A stretch of DNA of 62,196 nucleotides from Planctomycetota bacterium (GTDB taxonomy: Bacteria > Planctomycetota > UBA8108). The translations under genes and the position numbers were made by a program. Below the pieces are notes generated by a model. It did no database searches. It was not told the origin of the DNA and saw only the letters and a program-made list of their open reading frames with translations. The stretch is taken from positions 1 through 62,196 of the forward strand of contig CBFHWB010000003.1 in NCBI GenBank assembly GCA_965659285.1, in the 5' to 3' direction. Below are positions 27,167 through 36,082 of the stretch, piece by piece (within the stretch, counting starts at the first letter, position 1; each line of letters opens with the position of its first letter).

Positions 27167-27575
27167 GGGGTCTTTTCCTGCCTTGCGAAAGGCTGCCAAT
27201 TGTAAAATCGCCAGCGTTTAAGCACCCATCATAGCGAATAGATGCCGCTTGAAGCCACATCTGCTGCCTGGAAGGCCTAAAAAGAAATGTGACGGTTTTT
27301 TATACACTTTTTCTGGCAGGTTTTCAAATTACATGATGTAAAGAGTCCGGGAATTGCGGGTTATTGTCAGGGTAAGCCGTTTAAATTCTTTCGCTTAGGC
27401 TCCTTCCGCTTCGTAGTTTTTTTTGGGCTTACTCAGCTTGCGTCAGCTCATCGGGCTGAACATCGTCCTGGGGTCTTGCCCGCCGGCGACCTCGGCGTAG
27501 ACAGGCGCTGTGCGGTAGAGTTATGCTCCGATTCACCCGGGTTACAATTGAGCTCCCAGGAGGTTTCAGCGCGAG

Positions 27576-28019
27576 ATGATTACTGCCGTTCACCACGTAT
27601 CCTTCACTGTCAGCGATATGGAGCAGTCCCTTGATTTTTACCGAGGGGCGCTGGGCTTCGAGGTTCTGAATGACCGTACGGTCGAAGGTTCTTTCGCCGA
27701 GACCGTGACGACGCTCAAGGGCGTTCGTATGCGGATCATCCATTTGAGCGGTTACGGCCAGGGCCTGGAGCTCATCCAGTACCTGGTCGCCGCCGGGCAG
27801 CCGGAGGCGCCCCGGACCTGTGATACCGGCAGCGCCCATCTCTGTTACGTGGTGGATGACATCGAGGCTGAGATCGCCCGGCTGAGCGAACTGGGAGTTC
27901 GCTTTCTCTCCGAGGTGATGACGGTCGAGGGCGGACCGAATGCCGGCAACCGGATGGTGTATTTTCTCGATCCGGATGGCATTCCGATGGAGTTTACCCA
28001 GCCGGCCGGAGGCGGCTGA
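27576..28019 (+). CDS. VOC-family (glyoxalase/bleomycin resistance/dioxygenase) protein
   Basis: The HHVSFTVSDMEQSLDFYRGALGFEV N-terminal beta-alpha-beta motif and C-terminal YFLDPDGIPMEF. SD AGGAGG lies upstream. Confidence 0.85.
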   Translation: MITAVHHVSFTVSDMEQSLDFYRGALGFEVLNDRTVEGSFAETVTTLKGVRMRIIHLSGYGQGLELIQYLVAAGQPEAPRTCDTGSAHLCYVVDDIEAEIARLSELGVRFLSEVMTVEGGPNAGNRMVYFLDPDGIPMEFTQPAGGG

Positions 28020-28024
28020 GCGGA

Positions 28025-29143
28025 TCAGCGGGGAGGTTGTTCGATGTCCACCCAGCGCCCTTCCTCTCTCGAGGTCAGCGCCGCATCAGCGATGACCTGC
28101 GCGCTCCAGCCATCCCAGAAGCTGGGGATGGCATCGCGATCGTCCTGGATGGCCGAGATGAACTCCCAGGCCAGGTCGTAACGGAAGACCGTTGCCGGTT
28201 CGCCGGTGCCCGGGTCGCGCGGACTGTCTTCAGGTTTGAGGAACTCCGGCGGCACCTCGACAGGCTCCAGGTCTCCGCCATGACGTCCAAGCAACAGGAT
28301 ATTCGGCTCGTGCAGCCTGTAGACCGCGGAGGCCTCTGAGCCGTTGATCTCAGCCCATTCATGACCGAAACCTTCCCGGTTGTAGCCCTTGGCGAGCGTG
28401 GTGCCTTCCCAGACCCCTACAGCGCCGCATTCGAAATCCCCGATGAGAGCCGACCAGTCGTCGACTTCCGAGGGGGGGCAGGAGGAGCCGTCAGCGGTCT
28501 CGGTTCTCTCGGCGAACCGGGCTACCGAACCGCAGATTTTTTTGATGGGCCCCAGCAGGTCCTGGGCGAAGTCGATACGATGGATGGTCATGTCGAACAG
28601 GTCGCCGGCGCCCGCCTTGTCCTTATACTGACGCCACCCCCAGCTCGTCTCGGGAAGATCCAGGAAGCGCTGGCTGCGGAAATGCCTGGGCGTTCCAAGG
28701 TCCCCTTTCTGAACCAGGTGCTTCAGGTAGCGCATCGACGGCGCGAAGCGATAGGTAAAGGCGGTCATGTGAACCACGCCTCCGGCCTTCGCCGAGCCAT
28801 ACATGGCGGCGACCTCGTCCGCAGTCAGGCCGAGCGGCTTTTCGCACATGATGTGCTTGCCGCTGACCGCGGCCGCGATCGCAAGTTCTTTGTGGGTGAA
28901 GTTCGGCGTGGCGATGATGACTCCATCCACATTCTCGTCAGAGAAGATCTCTTCAGGGTCGGAGGTGACCTTGTCGACCTGCCAGTCGAGCTTGCGTTTC
29001 TCGAGAAGAGCTTCATCCGTATCGCAGACAGCCACCAGCCTGGCCCGCGGATCGAGCCGGATTCCAGGGACGTGGTGGTAGTCGCTCACCAGGCCGGCGC
29101 CGATGACGGCAAGGTTGATCTTGTTGTCTGTACTCGGGCTCAT
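28025..29143 (-). CDS. Gfo/Idh/MocA-family oxidoreductase
   Basis: N-terminal Rossmann INLAVIGAGLVSDYHH and the conserved CEKPL motif. Confidence 0.9.
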   Translation of the reverse strand: MSPSTDNKINLAVIGAGLVSDYHHVPGIRLDPRARLVAVCDTDEALLEKRKLDWQVDKVTSDPEEIFSDENVDGVIIATPNFTHKELAIAAAVSGKHIMCEKPLGLTADEVAAMYGSAKAGGVVHMTAFTYRFAPSMRYLKHLVQKGDLGTPRHFRSQRFLDLPETSWGWRQYKDKAGAGDLFDMTIHRIDFAQDLLGPIKKICGSVARFAERTETADGSSCPPSEVDDWSALIGDFECGAVGVWEGTTLAKGYNREGFGHEWAEINGSEASAVYRLHEPNILLLGRHGGDLEPVEVPPEFLKPEDSPRDPGTGEPATVFRYDLAWEFISAIQDDRDAIPSFWDGWSAQVIADAALTSREEGRWVDIEQPPR

Positions 29144-29327
29144 CGATTAAGGGATCTCCTGGCATGCTGCAATTGAAGGTCTTCTGGAAATAACATGATG
29201 GTGGAGAGGTTTGAAGTAAAACCCTGCTCCATCTGCCCGGGAGGAGATTCGTGCGGCTGGAAATATGGGGACGGGGGAGGTATATTCAAGAGTTCGACGG
29301 CAGAACGAGTTAGAGGTTCAGCGGGAC

Positions 29328-29729
29328 ATGGAAGCCAAGGGTAAGAAGCTGGTTGTTGTTGGGGACAGGGTTCTGGTCACTCCGCAGGAAGGAGAGGACC
29401 GCACCCGCGTGGGTCTGCTGTTGCCCCAATCGGCGGTAGACAAGATGGAGGTCCAGAGCGGCCGTATCGTCGAGGTCGGCCCAGGTACTCCGGTGCAGGC
29501 TCCGTCGGAGTTCGGCGAGGAGCCCTGGAAGCTGCATGAGTCCAAGGCGACCTACGTTCCCATGGAGGCCGAGGTCGGAGACCTGGCGCTTTTTCTGCGC
29601 AATGCCGCCGTGGAGATTGAGTTTGAGCGGACTCCCTACCTCATCGTTCCACATGCCGCCATTTTACTCCTGGTGCGTGGAGACGACGAAGATCTTGACC
29701 TCGAATCCATGATCAAGCTGGATGAGTAG
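29328..29729 (+). CDS. GroES/Cpn10-like protein (orphan, with insertion)
   Basis: The VVVGDRVLV...GLLLPQSA...SGRIVEVGPG...EVGDLALF pattern follows the GroES beta-barrel order. No groEL is adjacent. Confidence 0.55.
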   Translation: MEAKGKKLVVVGDRVLVTPQEGEDRTRVGLLLPQSAVDKMEVQSGRIVEVGPGTPVQAPSEFGEEPWKLHESKATYVPMEAEVGDLALFLRNAAVEIEFERTPYLIVPHAAILLLVRGDDEDLDLESMIKLDE

Positions 29730-29960
29730 AGAAATCGCCTTTTCTCAGCGGTTTTACGCATTATTGGGGCCGACACTTCCAGCCGGCTCACGCTGCCGAT
29801 TCCGGTAACGGGGCCGCTCCAGGCGCTTGCGGGCCGATGAAAACGCTGGTTCATCAACTCCGCGGGCAGTAGGATGTATCCAGGTGTCCGCGGCCTGCGA
29901 TGTCAGTTCGGGGGAGGCGGGCTTGACCGGGTTCGGAATGTTGTTTCCCAGGAGCGATCA

Positions 29961-30695
29961 ATGAACGGTTTCACCAGGATGATTTTCGCGGGCTTCTTTT
30001 CAGCCATGCTCCTTGCCCTGCCGATAGCGCGGGCCGAGCGTGAGGCCGGGGAGGTCAAGGAGGCGAAGGGTGATCCTCAGCAGGCCAAGGTTATCAAAGA
30101 GGGCAAGCAGAACCTCGATGAGATCCGGCGTATGCTGGAAGAGATTCAGAGCGACCTCGGGAAGAAGAAAACCGGCGGCGCGACCCAGAACCAGCAGAAG
30201 GCTGTCGTCAAGAAGATGAGCCAGCTCATCGAGAAGATTGCCGAAGCGTCCAGCCAAGGCGGCAAGGGCGGCGGGGGACAGCCGAACCAGAGCCAGAAGC
30301 CGTCCAGCGGCGAACAGCAGCAGGGCCAGCAGGCCAAGAGCCAGAAGCAGGGCGCCTCGCGCGAGAACCAGGACCAGGTTAAATCTTCCCGCCAGCAGCA
30401 GGAAGCCGAGCAGCAGGCCAGGGAAGAGCAGGCCCGTAAGGCGAAGGGTAAGGATGGCCAGGAGCAGCCCGGCAAGGTTCCCAACAACGATGCCGGCGAT
30501 GGCCAGAAACCCGAGAATTCCGCTGCCGAGCTCGCCAACCGGACCCGCAAGGGCAAGAAGTGGGGAATCCTTCCTCCTAAGATTCGCGAGGCGATCGGAT
30601 CGGTTAATCCCAAGACCGCTCCTTCGGAGTATCTTGAGATTATCAGGAGCTACTACCGCAGGATCAGCGAGCAATACGCTGAGCGGAAGAAGTAA
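29961..30695 (+). CDS. secreted low-complexity (Q/K/G-rich) protein
   Basis: ATG 29961 preceded by AGGAG. Signal peptide MNGFTRMIFAGFFSAMLLALPIARA. Long Q/K/E/G-rich middle region. Conserved-looking C-terminus WGILPPKIREAI...EYLEIIRSYYRRISE. Confidence 0.6.
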   Translation: MNGFTRMIFAGFFSAMLLALPIARAEREAGEVKEAKGDPQQAKVIKEGKQNLDEIRRMLEEIQSDLGKKKTGGATQNQQKAVVKKMSQLIEKIAEASSQGGKGGGGQPNQSQKPSSGEQQQGQQAKSQKQGASRENQDQVKSSRQQQEAEQQAREEQARKAKGKDGQEQPGKVPNNDAGDGQKPENSAAELANRTRKGKKWGILPPKIREAIGSVNPKTAPSEYLEIIRSYYRRISEQYAERKK

Positions 30696-30722
30696 GCCAC
30701 CCGCGCGGTATTTAGGCGGTAC

Positions 30723-31718
30723 TTAGCTTGGGGTCTCTTGTCTGTCCTGGTCGGCGGCGTTGTTGGATGCCTCCAGCCGTTTCAGCAGCAGGGTGTCGAC
30801 AAGCAGCTGGACTACATGGTAGAGCGCCAGGGGGAGGGCGCCGTAAGGGTTCTGTCCGAAGAAACGGGTCCAGATATCTATGCCGTTAGGAAGAGTCTTC
30901 TGGCTGCCGCAGAGAATGACGGCTGTGCGGCTCTCAGCGGTCAACCCCAGGAGGCGCGAGGAGAGCCAGGTCCAGAGCAGGAGAGCCAGGTGCAGGCACA
31001 GGCAGGCTCCGAGGAAGCGCAGCGCGAGGGCGGGAGCCTCGCGGAGGTGCTCGGTGGCCGCGGAGAAGCCGGTATAGAGGAAGGAAAGGATAATCACTCT
31101 CGGCAGGACCTTCACCACGGTTGCCGCCTTCTTCGCTCGTTTCCAGAGAGCCTTCCTTGCAAGCTGTCCGACAAAGACTGGCAGTACGACGATCAGCAGC
31201 ATTCTCAGCATGATGTCGACAATAGGGATGTCGACGATTTCTCCAAGCGCGAGCTCCAGCACGAGCGGCGTCAGGATGGCGGTGAGCAGGCTCGACAGGA
31301 CGGTTATCAGCAGCGCCAGCTCCTGGTTGCCGCGGGCGATGGCCGTCATCGCCAGGGCCGAGGCAAGGGTTCCCGCCTGCGCGGCAAGAATCATCATCGC
31401 CTCGAGGAAGAGCGCGCCCTGGGAGCCCGCTCCATCCAGGGCGGGACCCCAGGATATCGCCAGGGCGTAGGCCAGCAGGGGGGCTATCACGTAGGTCGCG
31501 CAGAGAGTGAGGAGAATGGCCCGCAGGTTTTTTCCCTGGACCAGCAGCCTGGAGGTGTCGAGGGTGAAGCCCGAGATAGCCAGGACCGCGGCGACAAGCA
31601 GCGGTATGACGTAGCCGCTCGAACGCAGAGCCTGACCTCCTTCCGGAAGCAGGCTTCCGCAGCTGACCGCGGCCACCATCCCCACGAGAAACCAGTGGCG
31701 TTTCAGGAACGAATCCAT
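30723..31718 (-). CDS. bile acid:sodium symporter (BASS/SBF-like) family transporter
   Basis: About 10 hydrophobic helices over 331 aa. The N-terminus KRHWFLVGMVAAV and overall pattern resemble YfeH/SBF-like proteins. Confidence 0.75.
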   Translation of the reverse strand: MDSFLKRHWFLVGMVAAVSCGSLLPEGGQALRSSGYVIPLLVAAVLAISGFTLDTSRLLVQGKNLRAILLTLCATYVIAPLLAYALAISWGPALDGAGSQGALFLEAMMILAAQAGTLASALAMTAIARGNQELALLITVLSSLLTAILTPLVLELALGEIVDIPIVDIMLRMLLIVVLPVFVGQLARKALWKRAKKAATVVKVLPRVIILSFLYTGFSAATEHLREAPALALRFLGACLCLHLALLLWTWLSSRLLGLTAESRTAVILCGSQKTLPNGIDIWTRFFGQNPYGALPLALYHVVQLLVDTLLLKRLEASNNAADQDRQETPS

Positions 31719-31742
31719 GGTCCCCTCACCTTACCCGGGGCA

Positions 31743-34700
31743 TCAGGGAGCGCAGGCATCGGGGCAGTCCGCCAGCCGCAGGCACTCGGTTCCCAGGGCC
31801 GGGGGGGCTCCATTGTTGAAGAGGTAGAGCAGGAGGAAGACGGCATCGGTCAGGTTGGACTGCTGGTCGCCATCGACATCCAGCAGCGCCTGGTTGGAGG
31901 GGTGGCCAAAGACACCATCCGCACACGGCAGGGGCCGCGGGGCTCCTCCGAATAGCTGGCCGAGGTGAACGACCGCATCGGTAATGTTGAGACTCCCATC
32001 CTGGCTGAGGTCACCAGGCAGCTGGCTGCCGCCGGTCGGGGCGCTGTCGTCGCTTCCGGGTGAGCCGCCGGGGGAGCCGCTGAGGCGCCAGGATGCGGCC
32101 TCAGCCCAGCTCTCAACCGGCGCCAGGGGATCGATGATGACCATGGAGAGACCCGTGCCATCGGCTCCAGGGAACCACTCATCATCGTATTCAAAATCGA
32201 TAATCGTCTCGGCGCTGCCGAAGGAGAGGGCCACCCGCTCTCCGCCATTGGAGAGCCGGCCGGAGTATTCTCCGGCGATGAGCATATTGGAGGTGTCGTA
32301 GCGGGAGGCGAAGGCCAGCCGGTTTCGTACGACCAGGACATAGGCTCCCGCGGCAAGCTCTTCGACCGCTGAGCCGGCGAAGGAAAAATCGATGCCATTG
32401 CTGAAGTGGACCTCGTTGAGGTCGATGGCCCGGTTGCCTGTGTTCTGGAGCTCGATAAATTCAAAACCCTCATCTCCCCGGGGATTGAACATGAGCTCGG
32501 TTATTCGGAGCGACGACTGCACCGGGTCGAGGGCGGTCGGGGCGGATACGGTGAACTCGAAGGCGTTGGACCAGTGGCTCCATTTCTGGGTGTCATCCTT
32601 GACCTTGAGCCGCACCCTGTAGGTCTTTCCGACCTGTACGGCGCTGCGCGGCAGCCTCAGGAGGGGGCTGAACTGCTCCGATTCGAGCTCCCAGGAGGAA
32701 GGCCATTCGTAGCGGCGCGGTTCGTCGGGGTCGAAGGGCGCCTCGGCCGGAGTGACCTCGCCAAGCCGCCACTTCATCGCGGCGAAGGCGTCATCCTGGG
32801 GATCGCTGAAGGCCTGGGTGTTGAAGAGGAGAGCGTTGGCCGGGAAATTATCAGGCCCGGCGTAGACCACCGCCGGGGTCGCGGGAATCCGGGTCCGGTC
32901 TCCTTCTGAGTTGGCAAGATTTTCGAGATGGCGCGCCCTGCCTCCGGCGGGCACGCTGGGCCCGGTCGAACCGCTCCATCCGATGAAGGCGAAGCGCTTC
33001 ATGTCGTTGATCTTGGTGGCGAGGGAGCCGAAGTCCTGCCGGCCGGCCTGGGTCGGTCCGTTGCGCCAGCGGTCCCGGTCGGCCATGGAGAAGACCTCGA
33101 TTCTTTCGGCAAGGTCGTCGATCATCTGGTTGAGCACGGTCTGGGTCCAGATGAGGTCTCTGAACTCGCGGATAAAGTTGCGGTACTTCTGTTTGTACTC
33201 GGCCTTCCCGCCGCTGCCGAAGATGGCGTCCTTGGAATAGTCCACGCCGCTGTTCCAGTTCGGTCCCCAGCTCGCGTCGGAATCCCAGGGCATGGTCCAG
33301 AGCCTGCCGAAATTGCTTCGATCGTCAGGCTCGAAATACCAGGCTCGGTTCTTGGAGTGCGAATCAGCCGGGCGGAAATCATAATGGCGGATCCCCTCGA
33401 CGACGGCGTGGTAGGGATACCATTTGTCGTAGTTCACATGCGCGTCGAGCCACTCGGCGTTGCGCTGGGGCCGCAGGTTGCGGCGGATGTTCTGGAAGTC
33501 GGCATCTGTGGTGATGGCGTAGCGGCCCTGGTTGCGCCGCAGGTCATTGCCGTTGAACTGGCCGTCTTTGAGCTTGTAGAGATTGCCGTCTTCGAGACCG
33601 TGGGCATCGAGGAACCGGGGGTCGTAGTCCTCGATTCCGACGTACATGCCCCAGAAGTCACCGAGGTACTGGCTGTAGTTGCCCGCCGGAACCTCGTCCT
33701 CACCGGAGATGACCCTGAAGTGGAAGGTGTTGAAGTGGGGGGCGGGGACTCCCACCATGTTCCACAGGATCGAGTTCATCGATTCGGTAACACCGAAATT
33801 TCCGACACGCTTGTTGTCGAACATCTTGCCGGTGTTGAGGGTTCTCCAGCGGGTTGGGTAGCGTTTGCCGTAGTTGTCGCGCGCCTTCAGGTAATGTCCC
33901 TTCGGAAAGCGAATTCGCATCGAGCGCTTGCCGCTGCCGCCGTAGCGGTCGTTAGCCTGGCGCAGCCTGTACCTGACGTGGTCGTAGACCTCGCCATCGT
34001 AGACGAAGGCTCCCTCCCAGTTGAAATGGTCACGCGCCGGCTCGTTTGACTTGGGAATCTGGAAGCTGCCCGAGTAGCCGATACAGTGGGTCATGTCGGT
34101 GCCGAGGGTGATGAGCGTGTAGACCGGCAGGGCGGCCATCTCCTCGGCGCTGTAGGTGTGGCCGGCGCCCTCCGGATGGACCGATGTCCGGGAGGCGGTA
34201 TAGGCCGGAACCCCATTGTAGAAGAAGGCGGCAAAATTGAGCGAGGGGTCATCCTTGTAGGGCACGGTGACCTGGGCGTCGGCGGTGTCGCCGGCGGTGA
34301 TCCGGTAGCGAAGCAGCGTTCTGTTGCCCTGGCCGGGAACAAGGACGGAATAGATTCCGTCGCCACCGGTCTCATCTCCGTCTCGCCCATCGTCGGACAT
34401 CTGTAGCGTAGTCCAGTTGGCCGGATCTTCGAAATCCGGGTTTGGTTCGTGCGCCCGGGTCGGCTGTGAGATGAGTATATTGTGCGGATGGGCGAGGAAG
34501 GCCGGGATGTAATTGCCGGGCTGGACGATCTGGTATTGCAGGGTGACCGCGGCGAGACCCTGCGGGTCGGTAATCTTGGCGGTTACCGTCAGCGCCTCTC
34601 CAGCCACCGGCTGCCCCGGGCTATGCTCAACCTGGCGGACCAGTGGTCCGGGGTTGGTTGAGAAGACGGTGTTGCGCGCGCCGGGGCTCGGCGGCAGAAG

Positions 34701-35762
34701 CGCGTTGGGATCCTCGTCCTCGGTGCCCGGAGAATAGAGCTCAAAATCCAGGGAGACGTCGGAGCTGTTCAGCGAGGTGTTGAAGCCATGGACGGCGACC
34801 AGGTTTTCTCCCTGCCTGAGATAGGCCGCCGGGTCAGGCAGCGTCACCGGGATCCAGCGCGCCTCCCGTCCGCCGCGCGCGTCGTCATCGAAGGCCAGCT
34901 CGCCTTCTTCCATATTGTAGCGCAGCACCTCGGTGCCGTTGATCCAGACGACGGCTCCGTCATCGATGTACTGGTTGAGCACCAGGGCGTCGGGGATGCT
35001 GTCCGCATCGTCGATGGTGAAGGTGTGGCGCATGTAGATCGAGGTGTAGGATCGCCGCATATCGGCAAGCTCCGTGTTGTCGTCGCCATCTCCGAATCCG
35101 ATGGCGGTCTGCGCCTGCAGCCAGGTCTTGTCCAGGGGGAAGTCGTCTTCACGCCAGCGCTGCGGAGGATCGGAGGCCTCCGAGGTACCCGGCCTGTAGC
35201 GCCAGTCCTCGCTCTGTCCCCGGAGGAAATAGACACGCTTGGTAAAGGGACGTTCGATGAGCCCCGAGGATCTCCAGCTTCCGGCGAGGTTGTTGTCGCT
35301 GCCGGGGTGGAGCAATTCCATGGAGCTGCCCTTGCCCTGCGCGGCCAGTGGCCAGGGAAAGCCGGCCTGGTAGTCGACCTCGTCGACCCGGGCGCCTGTC
35401 ACATCGCGCAGGGTCAGCGTCTCTCCGCCGTTGTCAAGCCGCCCCTCCCACGGGCCGCTGGCGCCCTCGAAGGACAGGTTGTCAGCCAGGACAGCTGGAT
35501 CTTCGGCGACCACAAGATAGCCTCCGCCCGGCAGGAGGGTGCCGTCGGGAAAGGTAAAGGTGATTCCATTGGAGAAATACCAGCCGGAGAGATCCACCGG
35601 CGCTTCGGCTACGTTGTGCAGCTCGATGAATTCCTCGGCGGCCGTCTTGTTTTCCGGTTCGTAGTGGATTTCGTTGATGACAACCTGGGCATTGAGTTGC
35701 GCGGCAAAGAGCAGCCAGCAGGCCGTCAGAAGACAGAGGAGCGGACGATTGATTTCAGACAT
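31743..35762 (-). CDS. large secreted protein: lamin-tail domain - CotH kinase-like domain - lamin-tail domain - dockerin-like C-terminus
   Basis: Signal peptide. LTD motifs VVINEIHYEP...EFIELHN...LSGWYF and LRITELMFNP...FEFIELQN. CotH-like core (KRSMRIRFPKG...NKRVGNFGVTESMNSILWNMVGVPAP...GMYVGIEDYD). C-terminal GDLSQDGSLNITDAVVHLGQLF and DVDGDQQSNLTDAVFLLLYLF. Confidence 0.85.
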   Translation of the reverse strand: MSEINRPLLCLLTACWLLFAAQLNAQVVINEIHYEPENKTAAEEFIELHNVAEAPVDLSGWYFSNGITFTFPDGTLLPGGGYLVVAEDPAVLADNLSFEGASGPWEGRLDNGGETLTLRDVTGARVDEVDYQAGFPWPLAAQGKGSSMELLHPGSDNNLAGSWRSSGLIERPFTKRVYFLRGQSEDWRYRPGTSEASDPPQRWREDDFPLDKTWLQAQTAIGFGDGDDNTELADMRRSYTSIYMRHTFTIDDADSIPDALVLNQYIDDGAVVWINGTEVLRYNMEEGELAFDDDARGGREARWIPVTLPDPAAYLRQGENLVAVHGFNTSLNSSDVSLDFELYSPGTEDEDPNALLPPSPGARNTVFSTNPGPLVRQVEHSPGQPVAGEALTVTAKITDPQGLAAVTLQYQIVQPGNYIPAFLAHPHNILISQPTRAHEPNPDFEDPANWTTLQMSDDGRDGDETGGDGIYSVLVPGQGNRTLLRYRITAGDTADAQVTVPYKDDPSLNFAAFFYNGVPAYTASRTSVHPEGAGHTYSAEEMAALPVYTLITLGTDMTHCIGYSGSFQIPKSNEPARDHFNWEGAFVYDGEVYDHVRYRLRQANDRYGGSGKRSMRIRFPKGHYLKARDNYGKRYPTRWRTLNTGKMFDNKRVGNFGVTESMNSILWNMVGVPAPHFNTFHFRVISGEDEVPAGNYSQYLGDFWGMYVGIEDYDPRFLDAHGLEDGNLYKLKDGQFNGNDLRRNQGRYAITTDADFQNIRRNLRPQRNAEWLDAHVNYDKWYPYHAVVEGIRHYDFRPADSHSKNRAWYFEPDDRSNFGRLWTMPWDSDASWGPNWNSGVDYSKDAIFGSGGKAEYKQKYRNFIREFRDLIWTQTVLNQMIDDLAERIEVFSMADRDRWRNGPTQAGRQDFGSLATKINDMKRFAFIGWSGSTGPSVPAGGRARHLENLANSEGDRTRIPATPAVVYAGPDNFPANALLFNTQAFSDPQDDAFAAMKWRLGEVTPAEAPFDPDEPRRYEWPSSWELESEQFSPLLRLPRSAVQVGKTYRVRLKVKDDTQKWSHWSNAFEFTVSAPTALDPVQSSLRITELMFNPRGDEGFEFIELQNTGNRAIDLNEVHFSNGIDFSFAGSAVEELAAGAYVLVVRNRLAFASRYDTSNMLIAGEYSGRLSNGGERVALSFGSAETIIDFEYDDEWFPGADGTGLSMVIIDPLAPVESWAEAASWRLSGSPGGSPGSDDSAPTGGSQLPGDLSQDGSLNITDAVVHLGQLFGGAPRPLPCADGVFGHPSNQALLDVDGDQQSNLTDAVFLLLYLFNNGAPPALGTECLRLADCPDACAP

Positions 35763-35788
35763 TTCGAATGTTCTCTCAGTGAATTGGC

Positions 35789-35824
35789 CGCCCGGAGCTG
35801 AAGAGCCCGTCCGGGGCGTTTTTT
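35789..35824 (+). terminator. intrinsic terminator-like hairpin + T6
   Basis: CGCCCGGA (35789..35796) pairs with TCCGG(G)GCG (35810..35818, one bulged G), followed by TTTTTT (35819..35824). Confidence 0.4.
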
Positions 35825-35905
35825 AAGAGCCGGCTGTCTCGCCAGGAAAAGACCCTGAAACGGAACGACGCTGGCGATCGTCGGACCGTCTATTTTACCG
35901 AGTAT

Positions 35906-35937
35906 CCCGGTGGATGACGAGCCGGGTTCTTTTTTCT
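35906..35937 (+). terminator. intrinsic terminator-like hairpin + T-rich tract
   Basis: CCCGG (35906..35910) pairs with CCGGG (35922..35926), followed by TTCTTTTTTCT. Confidence 0.35.
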
Positions 35938-36082
35938 TGTCAAAATAGGCCGTGGCTGGGAGTTAGAAGCCTTCCCGCCGCCGCCGAATTGAACACTGAC
36001 GACTTGACGCTGAGATCTGTAAGGGCAATATCTATGCTGGTCTGTCGTGTATCGGTTTTCAGCAAGTCCGGAGAGTCTCCAG

